From an uncultured Verrucomicrobiae bacterium (GTDB taxonomy: Bacteria; Verrucomicrobiota; Verrucomicrobiia; Chthoniobacterales; Chthoniobacteraceae), in the NCBI GenBank assembly GCA_963769025.1, contig CAVYKI010000003.1, forward strand, positions 256,001 to 320,000: a DNA stretch of 64,000 nucleotides, in the 5' to 3' direction. Of this stretch, positions 1 through 14,615 are shown piece after piece. Positions within the stretch are counted from its first letter, which is position 1. Each line of letters begins with the position of its first letter. Under the pieces are notes generated by a model. The model ran no database searches and had not been told where the DNA came from. It was given only the letters and a program-made list of their open reading frames with translations. Both the position numbers and the translations under genes were made by a program.

Positions 1-163
1 TTGCCGACAAATTTCCCGGTGACCGTCGGCTTCACCGGCGGATCGAGCTTCGCGCCGGAGCCGCCGGGTTCGCCGGCGGGCTGTGCGGTGGCGAAGTCAC
101 GACGAAGAACGCGACAAAAGCCGCTGAGATCTGCAAGAATCGAAGAGAAGGAGAGGTCTTCAT
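1..163 (-). CDS. 5' part of a probable secreted protein running off the window edge (likely frameshifted)
   Basis: ATG at 163 gives MKTSPSLRFLQISAAFVAFFVV, a signal-peptide-like N-terminus; the frame breaks near position 32. Confidence 0.35.
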
Positions 164-270
164 GGGTTGGAGTGGTTGATGGATGCCATGGGTTTTGGCG
201 TATTCGCGATCCTTTGCGAGCGAACATTCCTCCCGCGTCGCTGCCATCAAAATGCCCTCCTGGCAGGGAG

Positions 271-357
271 CGGATGGGGAGGGATTCGAACCCTCGTAGA
301 CGGTTAAGCCTAACACGCTTTCCAAGCGTGCGCATTCGACCACTCTGCCACCCATCC
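271..357 (-). tRNA. tRNA-Ser(GGA)
   Basis: Minus strand GGATGGG...CCCATCCG acceptor stem, anticodon arm CACGC-TTGGAAA-GCGTG, long variable arm, GGTTCGAATCC T-loop. Confidence 0.96.
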
Positions 358-496
358 TGAAAGCTGCGCACATCCTGCGCGGAATTTGCAGCGGCGCAAG
401 GAAGTTGTTCATCGGATCAGCCATCACGGATTCACCGTCGACGCGAAGTTCCCTCCTTCCGAAGGCGCGCCCGGAAATGAAAGCACGGCCAAGCGG

Positions 497-1129
497 TTAG
501 GATACCCTTCCGACGATTGAGTCGAGAAGGACGCCCGCCTGTTTGATTCCGAGGGCATTCAGAATCGCTTCGTCTTCTAATCCAAGATCGCGAAGATAGT
601 CCTTTTGCTTCTGCGTAGCTGGCCGTTCATCGGGCAATGCCTGCGGTATGGAGCGTAAAGCGTTTTCGATACGGGCAACTGCCAGCCTCTTCATCTCGCG
701 GTCCATGTTTCGATCCGTCTCGACTTCACACCTCCCATCTTCGGTAAGGAACTCAGGAAAATGGTCGGCGATTACCCTAAACGCACCAACATCGCCGCCA
801 CGGTTCCTGATGGTCTCAACTTTTTCGAAAATCGCCGCTTTTTCTTCCGGTTTGAGGCGCCTCACGAGTCTTGGCTCGGGATCATCGCTCTGAAGTTCAC
901 GAAGATCCGACTTCAGATCGCGAAGGGCTTCTCTTCGCTTTTTTTCTTTCGCGCGATTCTTTTCCTCAGCGAAGAACGATTTGATCGGCTTCCATTCACT
1001 AAGTCCCTCGTGCCAGCCCCATTCTTCGCCGTTGAACGTGCGATTAGCCAGGCACTCACGCACATGGGATAATGAATAGCGCCCGAACTCTTGACCATTG
1101 CGCGCAAGATGCAGGTGAGAAGGTTTCAT
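497..1129 (-). CDS. GYF_2 (DUF4339)-like domain protein
   Basis: N-terminal LARNGQEFGRYS...WHEGLSEWKPI matches the GYF_2 pattern; C-terminal PATQKQKDYLRDLG motif; lower GC than neighbours. Confidence 0.65.
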   Translation of the reverse strand: MKPSHLHLARNGQEFGRYSLSHVRECLANRTFNGEEWGWHEGLSEWKPIKSFFAEEKNRAKEKKRREALRDLKSDLRELQSDDPEPRLVRRLKPEEKAAIFEKVETIRNRGGDVGAFRVIADHFPEFLTEDGRCEVETDRNMDREMKRLAVARIENALRSIPQALPDERPATQKQKDYLRDLGLEDEAILNALGIKQAGVLLDSIVGRVS

Positions 1130-1247
1130 CGTTTGGGGGACAGGTGAGATTTTTATTCGCAGCAACAGTGGACAGCAATGTGATTACACATGCTTTTCGC
1201 GAAGCGAAACTCGACACCGCAACCAATCCTTCCGAAAGTGCGCGACA

Positions 1248-2054
1248 ATGTTTCACGTCACCATCCTCGGCAGCGGCAGCGCGGGAAATTGCGCGCTCGT
1301 CGAGTCGGCGACGGCCCGCGTGCTGCTCGACGGCGGGCTGAGCGCAAAGCAGATGCGCGAGCGGCTCGCGCTGTGCGGCGTGAACCCGATCGAGATCGAC
1401 GCCATCCTGCTCACGCACGAGCACAGCGACCACGCGGGCGGGGTCGAGGTGTGGTGCCGGCAATTTGGCACGCCGGTGTACGCGAACGGCCTCACCGCCG
1501 AGGCGCTGCGCCGGGCGTCCGGCGAATCGAAGACCGACTGGCGCGTGTTCACGACCGGCGGGGATTTTCAAATCAAGGACATCACGGTGCAGACCTTCAG
1601 CGTGCCGCACGATGCGATGGACCCGGTCGGATTCATGATGCACCACGGCGGGGAATCGCTCGGCTTCCTCACCGACCTCGGCTTTGCCACGAAGCTCGCG
1701 TGCGAACGCGTGAAGGCGGCGCACACGCTGTTCATCGAGGCGAATCACGACGAGAAACTGCTCCAGCTCGACACGCGCCGGCCGTGGGCGACCAAGCAGC
1801 GCATCATGTCCCGCCACGGCCATCTCTCGAATGCCGCCGCCGCCACGGTGCTCGCCGAAATGCTCGGCACCAATCTCCGGCGCGCCGTGCTCGGGCACCT
1901 GAGCCGCGACTGCAATTCGCCGGACCTCGCGGCGCAGGCCGTGAGGGATCGTATCGCTGCGGCGGGTGCGGCGCCGGAGAGTGTGGAGGTCTTTGTCGCC
2001 ACGCAGCGCGAGGTCAGCCCGCGCTTCGCGGTCGGCGGCGCTGCGGTCGCGTAG
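1248..2054 (+). CDS. MBL-fold metallo-hydrolase (YycJ/WalJ-like)
   Basis: LGSGSAGN, THEHSDH, VPHDA, EANHD, GHLSN and LGHLS motifs. Confidence 0.9.
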   Translation: MFHVTILGSGSAGNCALVESATARVLLDGGLSAKQMRERLALCGVNPIEIDAILLTHEHSDHAGGVEVWCRQFGTPVYANGLTAEALRRASGESKTDWRVFTTGGDFQIKDITVQTFSVPHDAMDPVGFMMHHGGESLGFLTDLGFATKLACERVKAAHTLFIEANHDEKLLQLDTRRPWATKQRIMSRHGHLSNAAAATVLAEMLGTNLRRAVLGHLSRDCNSPDLAAQAVRDRIAAAGAAPESVEVFVATQREVSPRFAVGGAAVA

Positions 2055-2174
2055 TGCTGCGTGGCGGCCGGGCTTCCCTTCGTCCTGAATCACCATTCGC
2101 CGGAAAGGGAATCGCCACGGCGCATGCGTTGCGGAAAGGCCTCCGGCGGCGTATCCTAAGCGGCAGGATAACCC

Positions 2175-4250
2175 ATGAACCCGACCCCTCGAAAATTCAT
2201 CCGCTTTCTCGCCGATGAATTTCACAGCGAGAGCTGGTCGCTTTCGGCGAAACGCGCCGAGGAATTTGCGCCGGACGATCCGCTGAGTTCCTCCTACTCG
2301 CGTGCCGCCGAGGCGCTCGCCGCGCGGGACTTCACCGTGCAGCGAAACCGCGACACGCCCCTCACGCCGGAGCTCCTGGCGGAGGCGGACGTGCTCGCGC
2401 TGCTGCATCCCTGCGACCAGCGGTGGGAGCGCACGACCTCGTCCGCATCGCCGGCGCTCGCGCCGGATGAAATCAAGGCCGTGCTCGCATGGGTGCGCGC
2501 AGGCGGCGGGCTGCTCGTGGTGACCGAGTACGAGCACGACAAGTACGGCGACAATCTCAATGACCTCCTCGCGCCGGCCGGGCTGCGCATCGAGAACACG
2601 CGCGTCTTCGACCGCAGCGCGTGCGTCCCTGGGAATCCCGAGTGGATTTTTGGCGAAGCCGCGTCCGCCACTCCGCTCGCGCACCTCGCGACGCGCGCGT
2701 GTTTTTTTCGCGCCGGGTCCTGCACGATGACCGGCGACGGCGCGCGCGTGGCGTGGCGTGCGTCTGCGAACGCGCACCCGCCGGGTGCCTGTGTGATCGC
2801 GTGCGCGGAACTCGGCAGCGGGCGCATTGTGGTCGTCACGGACTCGCTGCTTTTTGGCGACGAACACGTCGGCGAGCACGACCACCTGCAGCTCTGGCTG
2901 AACATCGTCCATTGGCTCGCGGCACCGTCCTACGATCGCGCCGGCGAAACCGAGGCGCTGCGGCAACAAAGCGTCTCGCCGACCGTGACGTCGCCGTCGT
3001 GGACGCGGTTGAAGGGGATCATCAATACGCTGCGCGCAATTCAGGACAAGGACGGGAGCGTGGGCCTAGCGAACCACGACGGGGCGACCAAGCTCGTCGA
3101 GGCGGCGACCGGTGAAATCGCCGCGCTGGCCCGCCACTTTCCGCATCAGGCGGATTACTTCGCACGGCTGCCGGAGGATCTCGCGGCATGGCAGCGCGAC
3201 GGCTTTGGCCGACCGGATTTTGCCGCATCACTGGCTGCCTTCCGGCCGGAACTGAACCGCCGCGACGGCATCGAGCATCTCGTCGTCTTCCCGATGTACA
3301 CGCCGAATGCGTCGGCGGACATCCGCTTCGAGGCGCTGATCATCCGCACGCAATGGCCCGACTGGCTCGCGGCGCTCGAGGGCGGGCCTTATCCGGATTC
3401 GAAATTCGTCCCGCTCGGACTCGTGGACTTCACGGACGGATACGCGAGCGAATGCGCGGTGCTTTTCCCGGAAACGGTCTCCGTCGCGGGCCGCGCGACG
3501 AATCACTTCGGCGGCATTTTCTGCGACCGCGAGGCCCGCCGGCTGCAGTCCACCGCGGTGCGCGCTGCTTCCGAAATGGGCATGCGGCTTTTCCCGGAAC
3601 TGGAGTGCCTGCTTGCGTGCCGTCCGCTGCTCGAGTCGGTCTGCGCGCTCTGGGATCTCATCCACGACCAGTCGCACTCGCTCGGCGAACTCCCGTTCGA
3701 CCCGTTCATGATCCGCCAGCGCGCGCCATTCTGGATGTATGCCATCGAGGAGCTCCGCGTGGATGTGCGGGCGTTCGGCGAGGCGCACCGGCTCGCGCGC
3801 GAGGGGTTCCCATTCGCGCGCTACGTCTGCTGGGCCATCGTGCTCGACCGCATCCTGCGCTTCCCGATCACCGGGACCCGCGTGCGGAATTACGACGCGC
3901 TCGGCGGGCAGATCCTTTTCGGCGCGCTCCATCAAAGTGACGCCGTGGTGTGCCGCGACAACCATTTGGAAATCCGCTGGGAAGCCCTGCCCGATGCGGT
4001 GCGCTCGCTCGAAGCGGAACTCCACGCGCTTTACAAAACCGGCGCGGAGTGCTCGCGCGTCGCCCTGTGGATGGCCGCGCACGAACTCGTGAGCCGCCAC
4101 GTCCACCCGAACATCGGCTCCCGCTGGAAATCCGATGCCCTCCCCGACGAGGGCGACCCGAAGGCGTGGCTCGCGCTGGTCCACGAGGACGAGTTCCCGC
4201 TCGGGAATTTCCACCTGCTGCTGGGGAAAAGGTTGAGAGTCGAGGGTTGA
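2175..4250 (+). CDS. Two-domain protein: N-terminal GATase-like/DUF4350-like domain plus C-terminal DUF6421-like domain
   Basis: DEFHSESW...GGGLLVV N-domain; C-domain with FPMYTPN, VLFPETV, HDQSH, EELRVD and RNYDALGGQ. Confidence 0.65.
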   Translation: MNPTPRKFIRFLADEFHSESWSLSAKRAEEFAPDDPLSSSYSRAAEALAARDFTVQRNRDTPLTPELLAEADVLALLHPCDQRWERTTSSASPALAPDEIKAVLAWVRAGGGLLVVTEYEHDKYGDNLNDLLAPAGLRIENTRVFDRSACVPGNPEWIFGEAASATPLAHLATRACFFRAGSCTMTGDGARVAWRASANAHPPGACVIACAELGSGRIVVVTDSLLFGDEHVGEHDHLQLWLNIVHWLAAPSYDRAGETEALRQQSVSPTVTSPSWTRLKGIINTLRAIQDKDGSVGLANHDGATKLVEAATGEIAALARHFPHQADYFARLPEDLAAWQRDGFGRPDFAASLAAFRPELNRRDGIEHLVVFPMYTPNASADIRFEALIIRTQWPDWLAALEGGPYPDSKFVPLGLVDFTDGYASECAVLFPETVSVAGRATNHFGGIFCDREARRLQSTAVRAASEMGMRLFPELECLLACRPLLESVCALWDLIHDQSHSLGELPFDPFMIRQRAPFWMYAIEELRVDVRAFGEAHRLAREGFPFARYVCWAIVLDRILRFPITGTRVRNYDALGGQILFGALHQSDAVVCRDNHLEIRWEALPDAVRSLEAELHALYKTGAECSRVALWMAAHELVSRHVHPNIGSRWKSDALPDEGDPKAWLALVHEDEFPLGNFHLLLGKRLRVEG

Positions 4251-4328
4251 AGGTTGAGAGGAGCAGGGATGCCACGGGCGCGACAACCAACGCCTAGGCT
4301 CTGCCTCTCAACCTTCAACTCTCAACTC
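4229..4328. repeat. Inverted pair of heptamer tandem repeats (GGTTGAR / YTCAACY)
   Basis: gttgaaggttgagag at 4246-4260 is the reverse complement of ctctcaaccttcaac at 4305-4319. Confidence 0.8.
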
Positions 4329-4381
4329 GCGCCGCTTTCCCCTTCCCTTGCGGAAATGCTTTCGCTTTCCTTCACGGCCCG

Positions 4382-5128
<747 letters not shown>

Positions 5129-5146
5129 CTCAAACACCCACGACTT

Positions 5147-5709
5147 ATGGACCCCGACGAAATCCTGCTGAACACCGAGGAAGGCGATGGAAAAGGCGTC
5201 CGAATACATGTCGCACGAATTCGCCTCCGTCCGCACCGGCAAGGCCTCGCCCGCGCTCGTGGAGAACATCGATGTCGAGGCCTACGGCTCGATGATGAAG
5301 CTCAAGCAGCTCGCGCTCATTTCCACGCCGGAGCCGCGCATGCTCGTCATCAGCCCGTTCGACGCCGCGACGACGCAGGACGATCGAAAAGGCGATCAAG
5401 GAATCCAAGCTCGGCATCAAGCCGATCGTCGATGGCAAGATCATCCGCCTGCCGATTCCCGCGCTCAGCGAGGAGCGCCGCCGCGACCTCGTGAAGACGG
5501 TGAAGCAGATCGCCGAGGAGACGCGCGTGCGCATCCGCTCGGCGCGCCGCGAAGGGATGGATCAACTCAAGAAAGCGCAGAAGGAAGGCGTCATCACCGA
5601 GGACGATCTCAAGCACTCCGAGAAGGAGGTGCAGAAGCTCACCGACGACTACGTGAAGAGAGTGGACGACGCCTTCGCACTGAAGGAAGCGGACATCATG
5701 AAAGTCTGA
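5147..5709 (+). CDS. frr: Ribosome recycling factor (frameshifted)
   Basis: [24 protein letters not shown]...KEADIM motifs; follows pyrH. Confidence 0.92.
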
Positions 5710-5711
5710 CG

Positions 5712-6230
5712 ATGAGCATCCGACGAATCGTGCTTCCGTGCATCGCCGCGCTGGCGCTGCTCGCCACGCCGTCCCCGACCGTGCATGCAGCCGTCGTGCG
5801 CCCCGCACCGGCGTTCACGTTCGGCGGTGCAGGCGGGAAGAACTCGCTCGGCAGCCTGCGCGGGCAGCCGGTCGTGCTGGTCATCGCACAGGCCGGCAAA
5901 ACGAAGACTCTGCGCACGCAGCTCAAAAGCCTGAAGGCGGTCTATCACGACACGGCGAGCCGCGGCGCGGTCTTCATCGCGGCGATTGCCGATGGCAGCC
6001 CAGTGCCGAGCGACATCCCTTTCGCCCTCGCCAACAACGCCGCGGCAGTCGCGTCCGCGTACGGGATGCGCGGCGATTTCCTCATCGCAGTCATCGGGCG
6101 CGACGGGAACCTCGACCTCGTCACCGACCAGCCAATCCCCGGGATGCGCGTGCTCGAAGTCATCAGGAACAACTTCGACGTCCAGGACAAGGCGCGCCGC
6201 GAACTGCCCAAGGGACCGCCGGCACGCTGA
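5712..6230 (+). CDS. Secreted thioredoxin-like/redoxin-fold protein lacking CxxC
   Basis: Signal peptide, then PAPAFTF...[10 protein letters not shown]...VIGRDG. Confidence 0.5.
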   Translation: MSIRRIVLPCIAALALLATPSPTVHAAVVRPAPAFTFGGAGGKNSLGSLRGQPVVLVIAQAGKTKTLRTQLKSLKAVYHDTASRGAVFIAAIADGSPVPSDIPFALANNAAAVASAYGMRGDFLIAVIGRDGNLDLVTDQPIPGMRVLEVIRNNFDVQDKARRELPKGPPAR

Positions 6231-6236
6231 CCGGCG

Positions 6237-6665
6237 ATGCGCATCGCGGTCATCGCCGACACCCACGACCGGCTGCCGGAGAGCGTGTGCGGCGTCCTTC
6301 GCCACGCGGATGAAATCTGGCATCTCGGCGACGTGTGCTCGCCGGCGATTCTCGTCACGCTGGGACGCATCGCCCCGCTGCGCGTCGTGCGCGGCAACTG
6401 CGATTCCGAGACGGACTGGCCGCTGACGCTCGACTTCAAGCTCGCCAGCCTGCGCTTCCATCTCGAACACATCCCCTCGCGGAAGCCGCCGAAGTGCGAT
6501 TTTTTCCTCCACGGCCACACGCACGTGCCGCGCGATGAAACGGTGGGCGGCGTCCGCTTCCTGAATCCCGGCTGCATCACGCGCCCGAATCGCGGCGCGC
6601 CCGCGAGCCACGCGTGGCTCACGCTCGGCGACGGCGAGCCGATGTGGAAAATCGTGCCTGTCTAG
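6237..6665 (+). CDS. YfcE-like metallophosphoesterase
   Basis: ADTH, HLGD, GNCD, HGHTH and NPG motifs. Confidence 0.88.
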   Translation: MRIAVIADTHDRLPESVCGVLRHADEIWHLGDVCSPAILVTLGRIAPLRVVRGNCDSETDWPLTLDFKLASLRFHLEHIPSRKPPKCDFFLHGHTHVPRDETVGGVRFLNPGCITRPNRGAPASHAWLTLGDGEPMWKIVPV

Positions 6666-6991
6666 GCTCGGCGATCCGTCTGCGCGGCGACCCACGCGAG
6701 GTAGTCCGGCCAGCCGTCGCTCACCGGCAACTGCAGGATCTCCGGCACCTCGTACGGATGCAGCGCACGCAACCGCGCCTGCGCAGCGGGCGCTGAACCG
6801 ACGGTCGTCTTGCACATGACCATGGCCTCCGCCGCCGTCTCCAGCTTGCCCTTCCATTCGTAGATGGACTCGACGCCGGGGACGATGTTGCCGCAGGCGA
6901 TGAGCCGTTCCTCGACGAGCGTGCGCACCGCATTCCGAGCCGCCGCGACATCGGGGAAGTTGCTGAGAAGGATGACGACTTCGCAGCTCAT
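6662..6991 (-). CDS. cutA: Divalent-cation tolerance protein CutA
   Basis: LVEERLIACGN, SIYEWKG, HPYEVPEI and YLAW. Confidence 0.92.
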   Translation of the reverse strand: MSCEVVILLSNFPDVAAARNAVRTLVEERLIACGNIVPGVESIYEWKGKLETAAEAMVMCKTTVGSAPAAQARLRALHPYEVPEILQLPVSDGWPDYLAWVAAQTDRRA

Positions 6992-6992
6992 G

Positions 6993-9251
<2,259 letters not shown>

Positions 9252-9254
<3 letters not shown>

Positions 9255-9360
9255 GAAGGATGAAGGGTGAAGGCTAAAGGATGAAGAAAGGCGGGCGAAG
9301 CGACATGGTGAAGAGCGAAGGAGAAGTGCGCCTGCTTCATCCTTCATCCCTCATCCTTCT
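9252..9360. repeat. Inverted pair of heptamer tandem repeats (GATGAAG / CTTCATC)
   Basis: About 5 GATGAAG-like units at 9252-9286 face CTTCATC units at 9335-9360. Confidence 0.8.
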
Positions 9361-9370
9361 ACCTTTGCCA

Positions 9371-10663
<1,293 letters not shown>

Positions 10664-10697
10664 TATCGGCGGCTATAAAGCGGGAAGTGTTCCCAAA

Positions 10698-11396
10698 TCA
10701 GTCGTTTTTACTCTTTGTCAATTCAGCGAAGTTCGGAACCTGCTTCCGGGAGTTCACCACCTCGTCCACAAGGCCGTATTCCTTCGCCTCCCCAGCGCTC
10801 ATGTAGTAGTCGCGATCGGAGTCGTCGTGGACCTTCTTTTCGTCCTGCCCGGTGTGGTGCGCGAGGATTTTGATCAGCCGCTTCTTCAGCTTGAACATGT
10901 ATTCCACGGTGCGCTCGACGTCGCTCGCCTGTCCCTGCGCGCCGCCGCTCACCTGGTGAATCATGATGTCGCTGTTCGGCAGCGCGTAGCGTTTGCCCTT
11001 CGTCCCGGCGGAGAGCAGAACTGCGCCCATCGAGGCCGCCATGCCGATGCAGTAGGTGTTCACGTCGGGCGTGATGAACTGCATCGTGTCGTAAATCGCG
11101 AGACCCGCCGTCACGCTGCCACCGGGGCTGTTGATGTACACGTGCACGTCCTTCTTCGAGTCATCCATCTGGAGGAAGAGAAGCTGGGCGATGACGATGT
11201 TCGAAATCCAGTCATCGATCGCCGTGCCGATGAAGACGATGCGATCCCGCAGGAGGCGGTCGAAGACATTGTGGCCGCGCTCGCCGCGCGCGTCGGTCTC
11301 ATAGACGCCCGGGACGATTGGCCAGTTGCCCTGGGGTGATTGGAAGCGATTGTTGGGTTGGATGATCATTTCGTTGTTTTCCTTGCGAGCCGTCAC
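10698..11396 (-). CDS. clpP: Clp protease proteolytic subunit
   Basis: YINSPGGSV, GMAASMGA, MIHQ and DRD catalytic motifs. Confidence 0.96.
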   Translation of the reverse strand: MTARKENNEMIIQPNNRFQSPQGNWPIVPGVYETDARGERGHNVFDRLLRDRIVFIGTAIDDWISNIVIAQLLFLQMDDSKKDVHVYINSPGGSVTAGLAIYDTMQFITPDVNTYCIGMAASMGAVLLSAGTKGKRYALPNSDIMIHQVSGGAQGQASDVERTVEYMFKLKKRLIKILAHHTGQDEKKVHDDSDRDYYMSAGEAKEYGLVDEVVNSRKQVPNFAELTKSKND

Positions 11397-12751
11397 TCCT
11401 TCGCCGGTTCCGCCGCGGGAGCCGGTGAATCAGGCGAACCCGCTTCGGAGGAGACGCTAGCCTGCGAGGCCACGAAATCAAGAGCCTTGGCGGTGATGAG
11501 CTCCTCGCGGACCTGATCCAGCACGCCGCGCTTCTGGAGTTCCTTCAGCATTTTTTCGAAGGTCATCTGCGAACGCTGCGCGAGCTGGGCGATGCGCCGG
11601 CGCATGTCCATCTCCGTCACGCTGATGTTTTCCTTCTCCGCGATGCGGAGCAAAATGAACGTGCCCTTGATGCGGTCGCGCGCGCTCTGTGCCGCGCTGC
11701 CGACGAGGTCCTTCTCGTGTTCCCGCAGGATTTCGTCGGCCACGCCGCGCTCCTGGTTTTCCTTCACGATTTCGTCGAGGATGCTCTGCGTCTGCTGCCG
11801 GACGAGGTTGGTGGGCAGCTCGCATTCGACCTTGGAGGTCAGGTGGGTCATCACGCTCGTGCGCTTCGAGGCATCGGCCTGGCGCTGCTTCTGGCGCTGG
11901 AGTTCCTCGCGCGCCATCACGCGCAGCTCCGCGAGCGTCTTGCCTTTCGCAATCGTCTCCGCAAACGCGTCATTCACCTCGGGCAGCTTGCGCTCCTTCA
12001 CTTCCTTCAGCGTCACCTTGTAGTGGACCTTGCTGCCGGGCATTCCCTCGACCGGGAAATCCGCAGGCACGTCCACGTCGAACTCCCGCGTCTCACCGAT
12101 GTTCGCACCGACGAGGTTTGCGCAGTAGCCGGGGAAGAACGCCTCCTCCGTCATCTTGATCCAGAAATCCTTGTTGTGCGAAAGCGGCTTGCCCGCCTTC
12201 GGGAATTTCACATGCACGGGCTCGCCGTCGATGGTGCCGTCGTAGTCCACCACGACGTAATCTTCCATCGCCGCGGGCCGGGCCGGAGTCACATCCGGGA
12301 AATCCGCCTGCTGCTCGCGCAGCCCTTCGATGGACTCGTCCACCTCCTTGTCCGTCACCTCGATGCTCGGGACCGACACCGGGATGCCCTTGTAGTCCGG
12401 AACGTCAAACTCCGGCTGCAACACGAGCGTCGCGCGGAACTTCAGCGACTTGTCGTCGCCCCACTCCACGTCCTCGATTTCCGAGAGCGAGAGCACGCGC
12501 AGGTTGCGCTCCTTGATGGCATCGCGGCACGCATCGCTGAGCACCTGCCGCGTCACTTCCTCGCGGATTTCCTTGGTGAATTTCTTCTCCACGACCGACC
12601 GCGGAGCCTTGCCGGGCCGGAAACCGGGGAGCCGCGCCTGCTTCGTGTACTGGCTCGTGATCTCGCCCATCTTTTTCTGCACGTCCGGCGGTTCCACCTC
12701 GATTTTGAGGTTCGCGAGACAGTTCGGTAGTGGTTCAAATGCGACGTTCAT
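11393..12751 (-). CDS. tig: Trigger factor
   Basis: GFRPGKAP ribosome-binding motif, FKBP domain, position upstream of clpP-clpX. Confidence 0.95.
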   Translation of the reverse strand: MNVAFEPLPNCLANLKIEVEPPDVQKKMGEITSQYTKQARLPGFRPGKAPRSVVEKKFTKEIREEVTRQVLSDACRDAIKERNLRVLSLSEIEDVEWGDDKSLKFRATLVLQPEFDVPDYKGIPVSVPSIEVTDKEVDESIEGLREQQADFPDVTPARPAAMEDYVVVDYDGTIDGEPVHVKFPKAGKPLSHNKDFWIKMTEEAFFPGYCANLVGANIGETREFDVDVPADFPVEGMPGSKVHYKVTLKEVKERKLPEVNDAFAETIAKGKTLAELRVMAREELQRQKQRQADASKRTSVMTHLTSKVECELPTNLVRQQTQSILDEIVKENQERGVADEILREHEKDLVGSAAQSARDRIKGTFILLRIAEKENISVTEMDMRRRIAQLAQRSQMTFEKMLKELQKRGVLDQVREELITAKALDFVASQASVSSEAGSPDSPAPAAEPAKE

Positions 12752-13027
12752 GATGGTTTTCGGGCGAATTAAAGGGGCGCGAAAATAGCGGTCTTCGCGC
12801 GCTTGCCAAGCGGGGACTTTGCCTAAAACGAGCGTCCTCGCGCGAAGTGCCGCAAGCGGCCACCTCTGAGAAAACCTGTTGCATTCCCGCATGGGCTGCG
12901 CTTTTCTCCGCGGCTCTTGTAAGCGCACCCATAAATAGCGCTGTTGGTCCTCGGGCCCCGGTCGTCAGATCGCGGGTCGCATGCGCCGAGGGAAACCCAG
13001 CGACAGTAAATAAAGGAAACAAACACC

Positions 13028-14050
13028 ATGGCCGTACGTCTTGGCCGATTCGAACTACCCAAGCTGCCCGTCAAGGACGAGGCAACCGCAACACCCAACT
13101 ACGCCAAATTTGTGGCCGAGCCCTTCGAGGCCGGCTACGGCGTCACCATCGGCAACGCGCTCCGTCGCGTGCTGCTCAGCTCCGTCGAAGGCGGCGCGAT
13201 CACCAACGTCAAAATCACCGGCGCGAACCACGAGTTCCAGACGCTCCCGGGCGTCGTCGAGGACGTGACCGACATCATCCTCAATCTCAAGCAGGTGAAG
13301 TTCAAGTGCGCCGACCACGAGCCGCGCACGCTTTCCATCTCCGTGAACAAGGAAGGCAACGTCACCGCCGGCGACATCGAGGAAGTCACGGGCGTGGAAG
13401 TCGTGAACCGCAAGCAGATCATCTGCACGCTCGACAAGAAGACGAAGTTCGAGGCCGAACTCACCGTCCGCGTGGGCCGCGGTTTCGCGACCGGCGACGA
13501 AAACAAGTATCCCGACATGCCGATCGGCGTGATTCCGATGGACTCGATTTTCTCGCCCGTCACCCGCGTGAAGTACGCCGTCGAGGCGACGCGCGTCGGC
13601 CAGCGCACTGACTATGACAAGCTCATCGTCGAGATCTGGACCGATGGCCGCATCGATCCCGAGGAGGCGCTGAAGCAGGCCTCGAGCATCCTCCGCAAGC
13701 ACATCGAGCCCTTCTACAACTACGACGAGGCCCTCGTGCAGTTCGACGAGACGGCGCCCGCGCAGAACCAGGAAAACCAGAAGATGAAGAAGCTTCTGAA
13801 CATGTCCGTGAACGAGATCGAACTCTCCGTCCGCGCGGCAAACTGCCTGAACAACGCGAACATCACCACCGTCGGCCAGCTCGCGCAGAAGTCCGAGCAG
13901 GAGATGCTGAAGTACCGCAACTTCGGCAAGAAGTCGCTCAACGAAATCAAGGAAAAGCTCACCGGACTCGGCCTCTCACTCGGCATGAAGTTCGAGAGCG
14001 GGCTCGTCGAGCCGAACACCGCCGAAGCGCGGCCTGCCACCGAAGGCTAA
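13028..14050 (+). CDS. rpoA: RNA polymerase alpha subunit
   Basis: GNALRRVLLSS, RVGQRTDYDKL, ELSVRAANCL and NFGKKSL. Confidence 0.98.
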   Translation: MAVRLGRFELPKLPVKDEATATPNYAKFVAEPFEAGYGVTIGNALRRVLLSSVEGGAITNVKITGANHEFQTLPGVVEDVTDIILNLKQVKFKCADHEPRTLSISVNKEGNVTAGDIEEVTGVEVVNRKQIICTLDKKTKFEAELTVRVGRGFATGDENKYPDMPIGVIPMDSIFSPVTRVKYAVEATRVGQRTDYDKLIVEIWTDGRIDPEEALKQASSILRKHIEPFYNYDEALVQFDETAPAQNQENQKMKKLLNMSVNEIELSVRAANCLNNANITTVGQLAQKSEQEMLKYRNFGKKSLNEIKEKLTGLGLSLGMKFESGLVEPNTAEARPATEG

Positions 14051-14074
14051 ACCAGGAATCGGGAACCAACTGAA

Positions 14075-14593
14075 ATGCGTCACCAACGAAAAACCGTAAA
14101 ACTCGGCCGCACCCAGGGGCACCGCAACGCGCTGCTCTCGAACCTGGCCGTGAGCCTCATCGACCACGGGAAAATCAAGACGACCGTCGCAAAGGCGAAA
14201 GCCGTGCGTCCATTCGTCGAGAAGCTCGTCACCAAGGCGAAGACCGGCACGCTTCACGCGCGCCGCATGGCCCTCGCCGACCTCCGGCACAATGAAATCG
14301 CAGTCCGCAAGCTCTTCACCGAGATCGGCCCGCTCAACGCGGAACGCAAAGGCGGCTACACGCGCATCGTGAAGCTCGGCATGCGCCGCAGCGACGCCGC
14401 CGAAATGGCGATCATCGAGTGGGTGGACATGCCCGCATCCTCGCAACCCGAGGCGAAGGCCGAACCCAAGGCCAAGGCCGCGAAGCCCGCAAAGGCAGCG
14501 AAGGCCGAAGCCGCCGACGCCCCCGCCGGCGAGGCTGAAGCGAAGCCCAAGCGCACGCGCAAAAAGAAGACCGAAGGCGAAGCGGAAGGCTAA
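14075..14593 (+). CDS. rplQ: 50S ribosomal protein L17 with an Ala/Lys/Glu-rich C-terminal tail
   Basis: MRHQRK...KLGR, IKTTVAKAK, GGYTRI and DAAEMA. Confidence 0.97.
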   Translation: MRHQRKTVKLGRTQGHRNALLSNLAVSLIDHGKIKTTVAKAKAVRPFVEKLVTKAKTGTLHARRMALADLRHNEIAVRKLFTEIGPLNAERKGGYTRIVKLGMRRSDAAEMAIIEWVDMPASSQPEAKAEPKAKAAKPAKAAKAEAADAPAGEAEAKPKRTRKKKTEGEAEG

Positions 14594-14615
14594 GCCGAAG
14601 TCATCATCAACTCAC

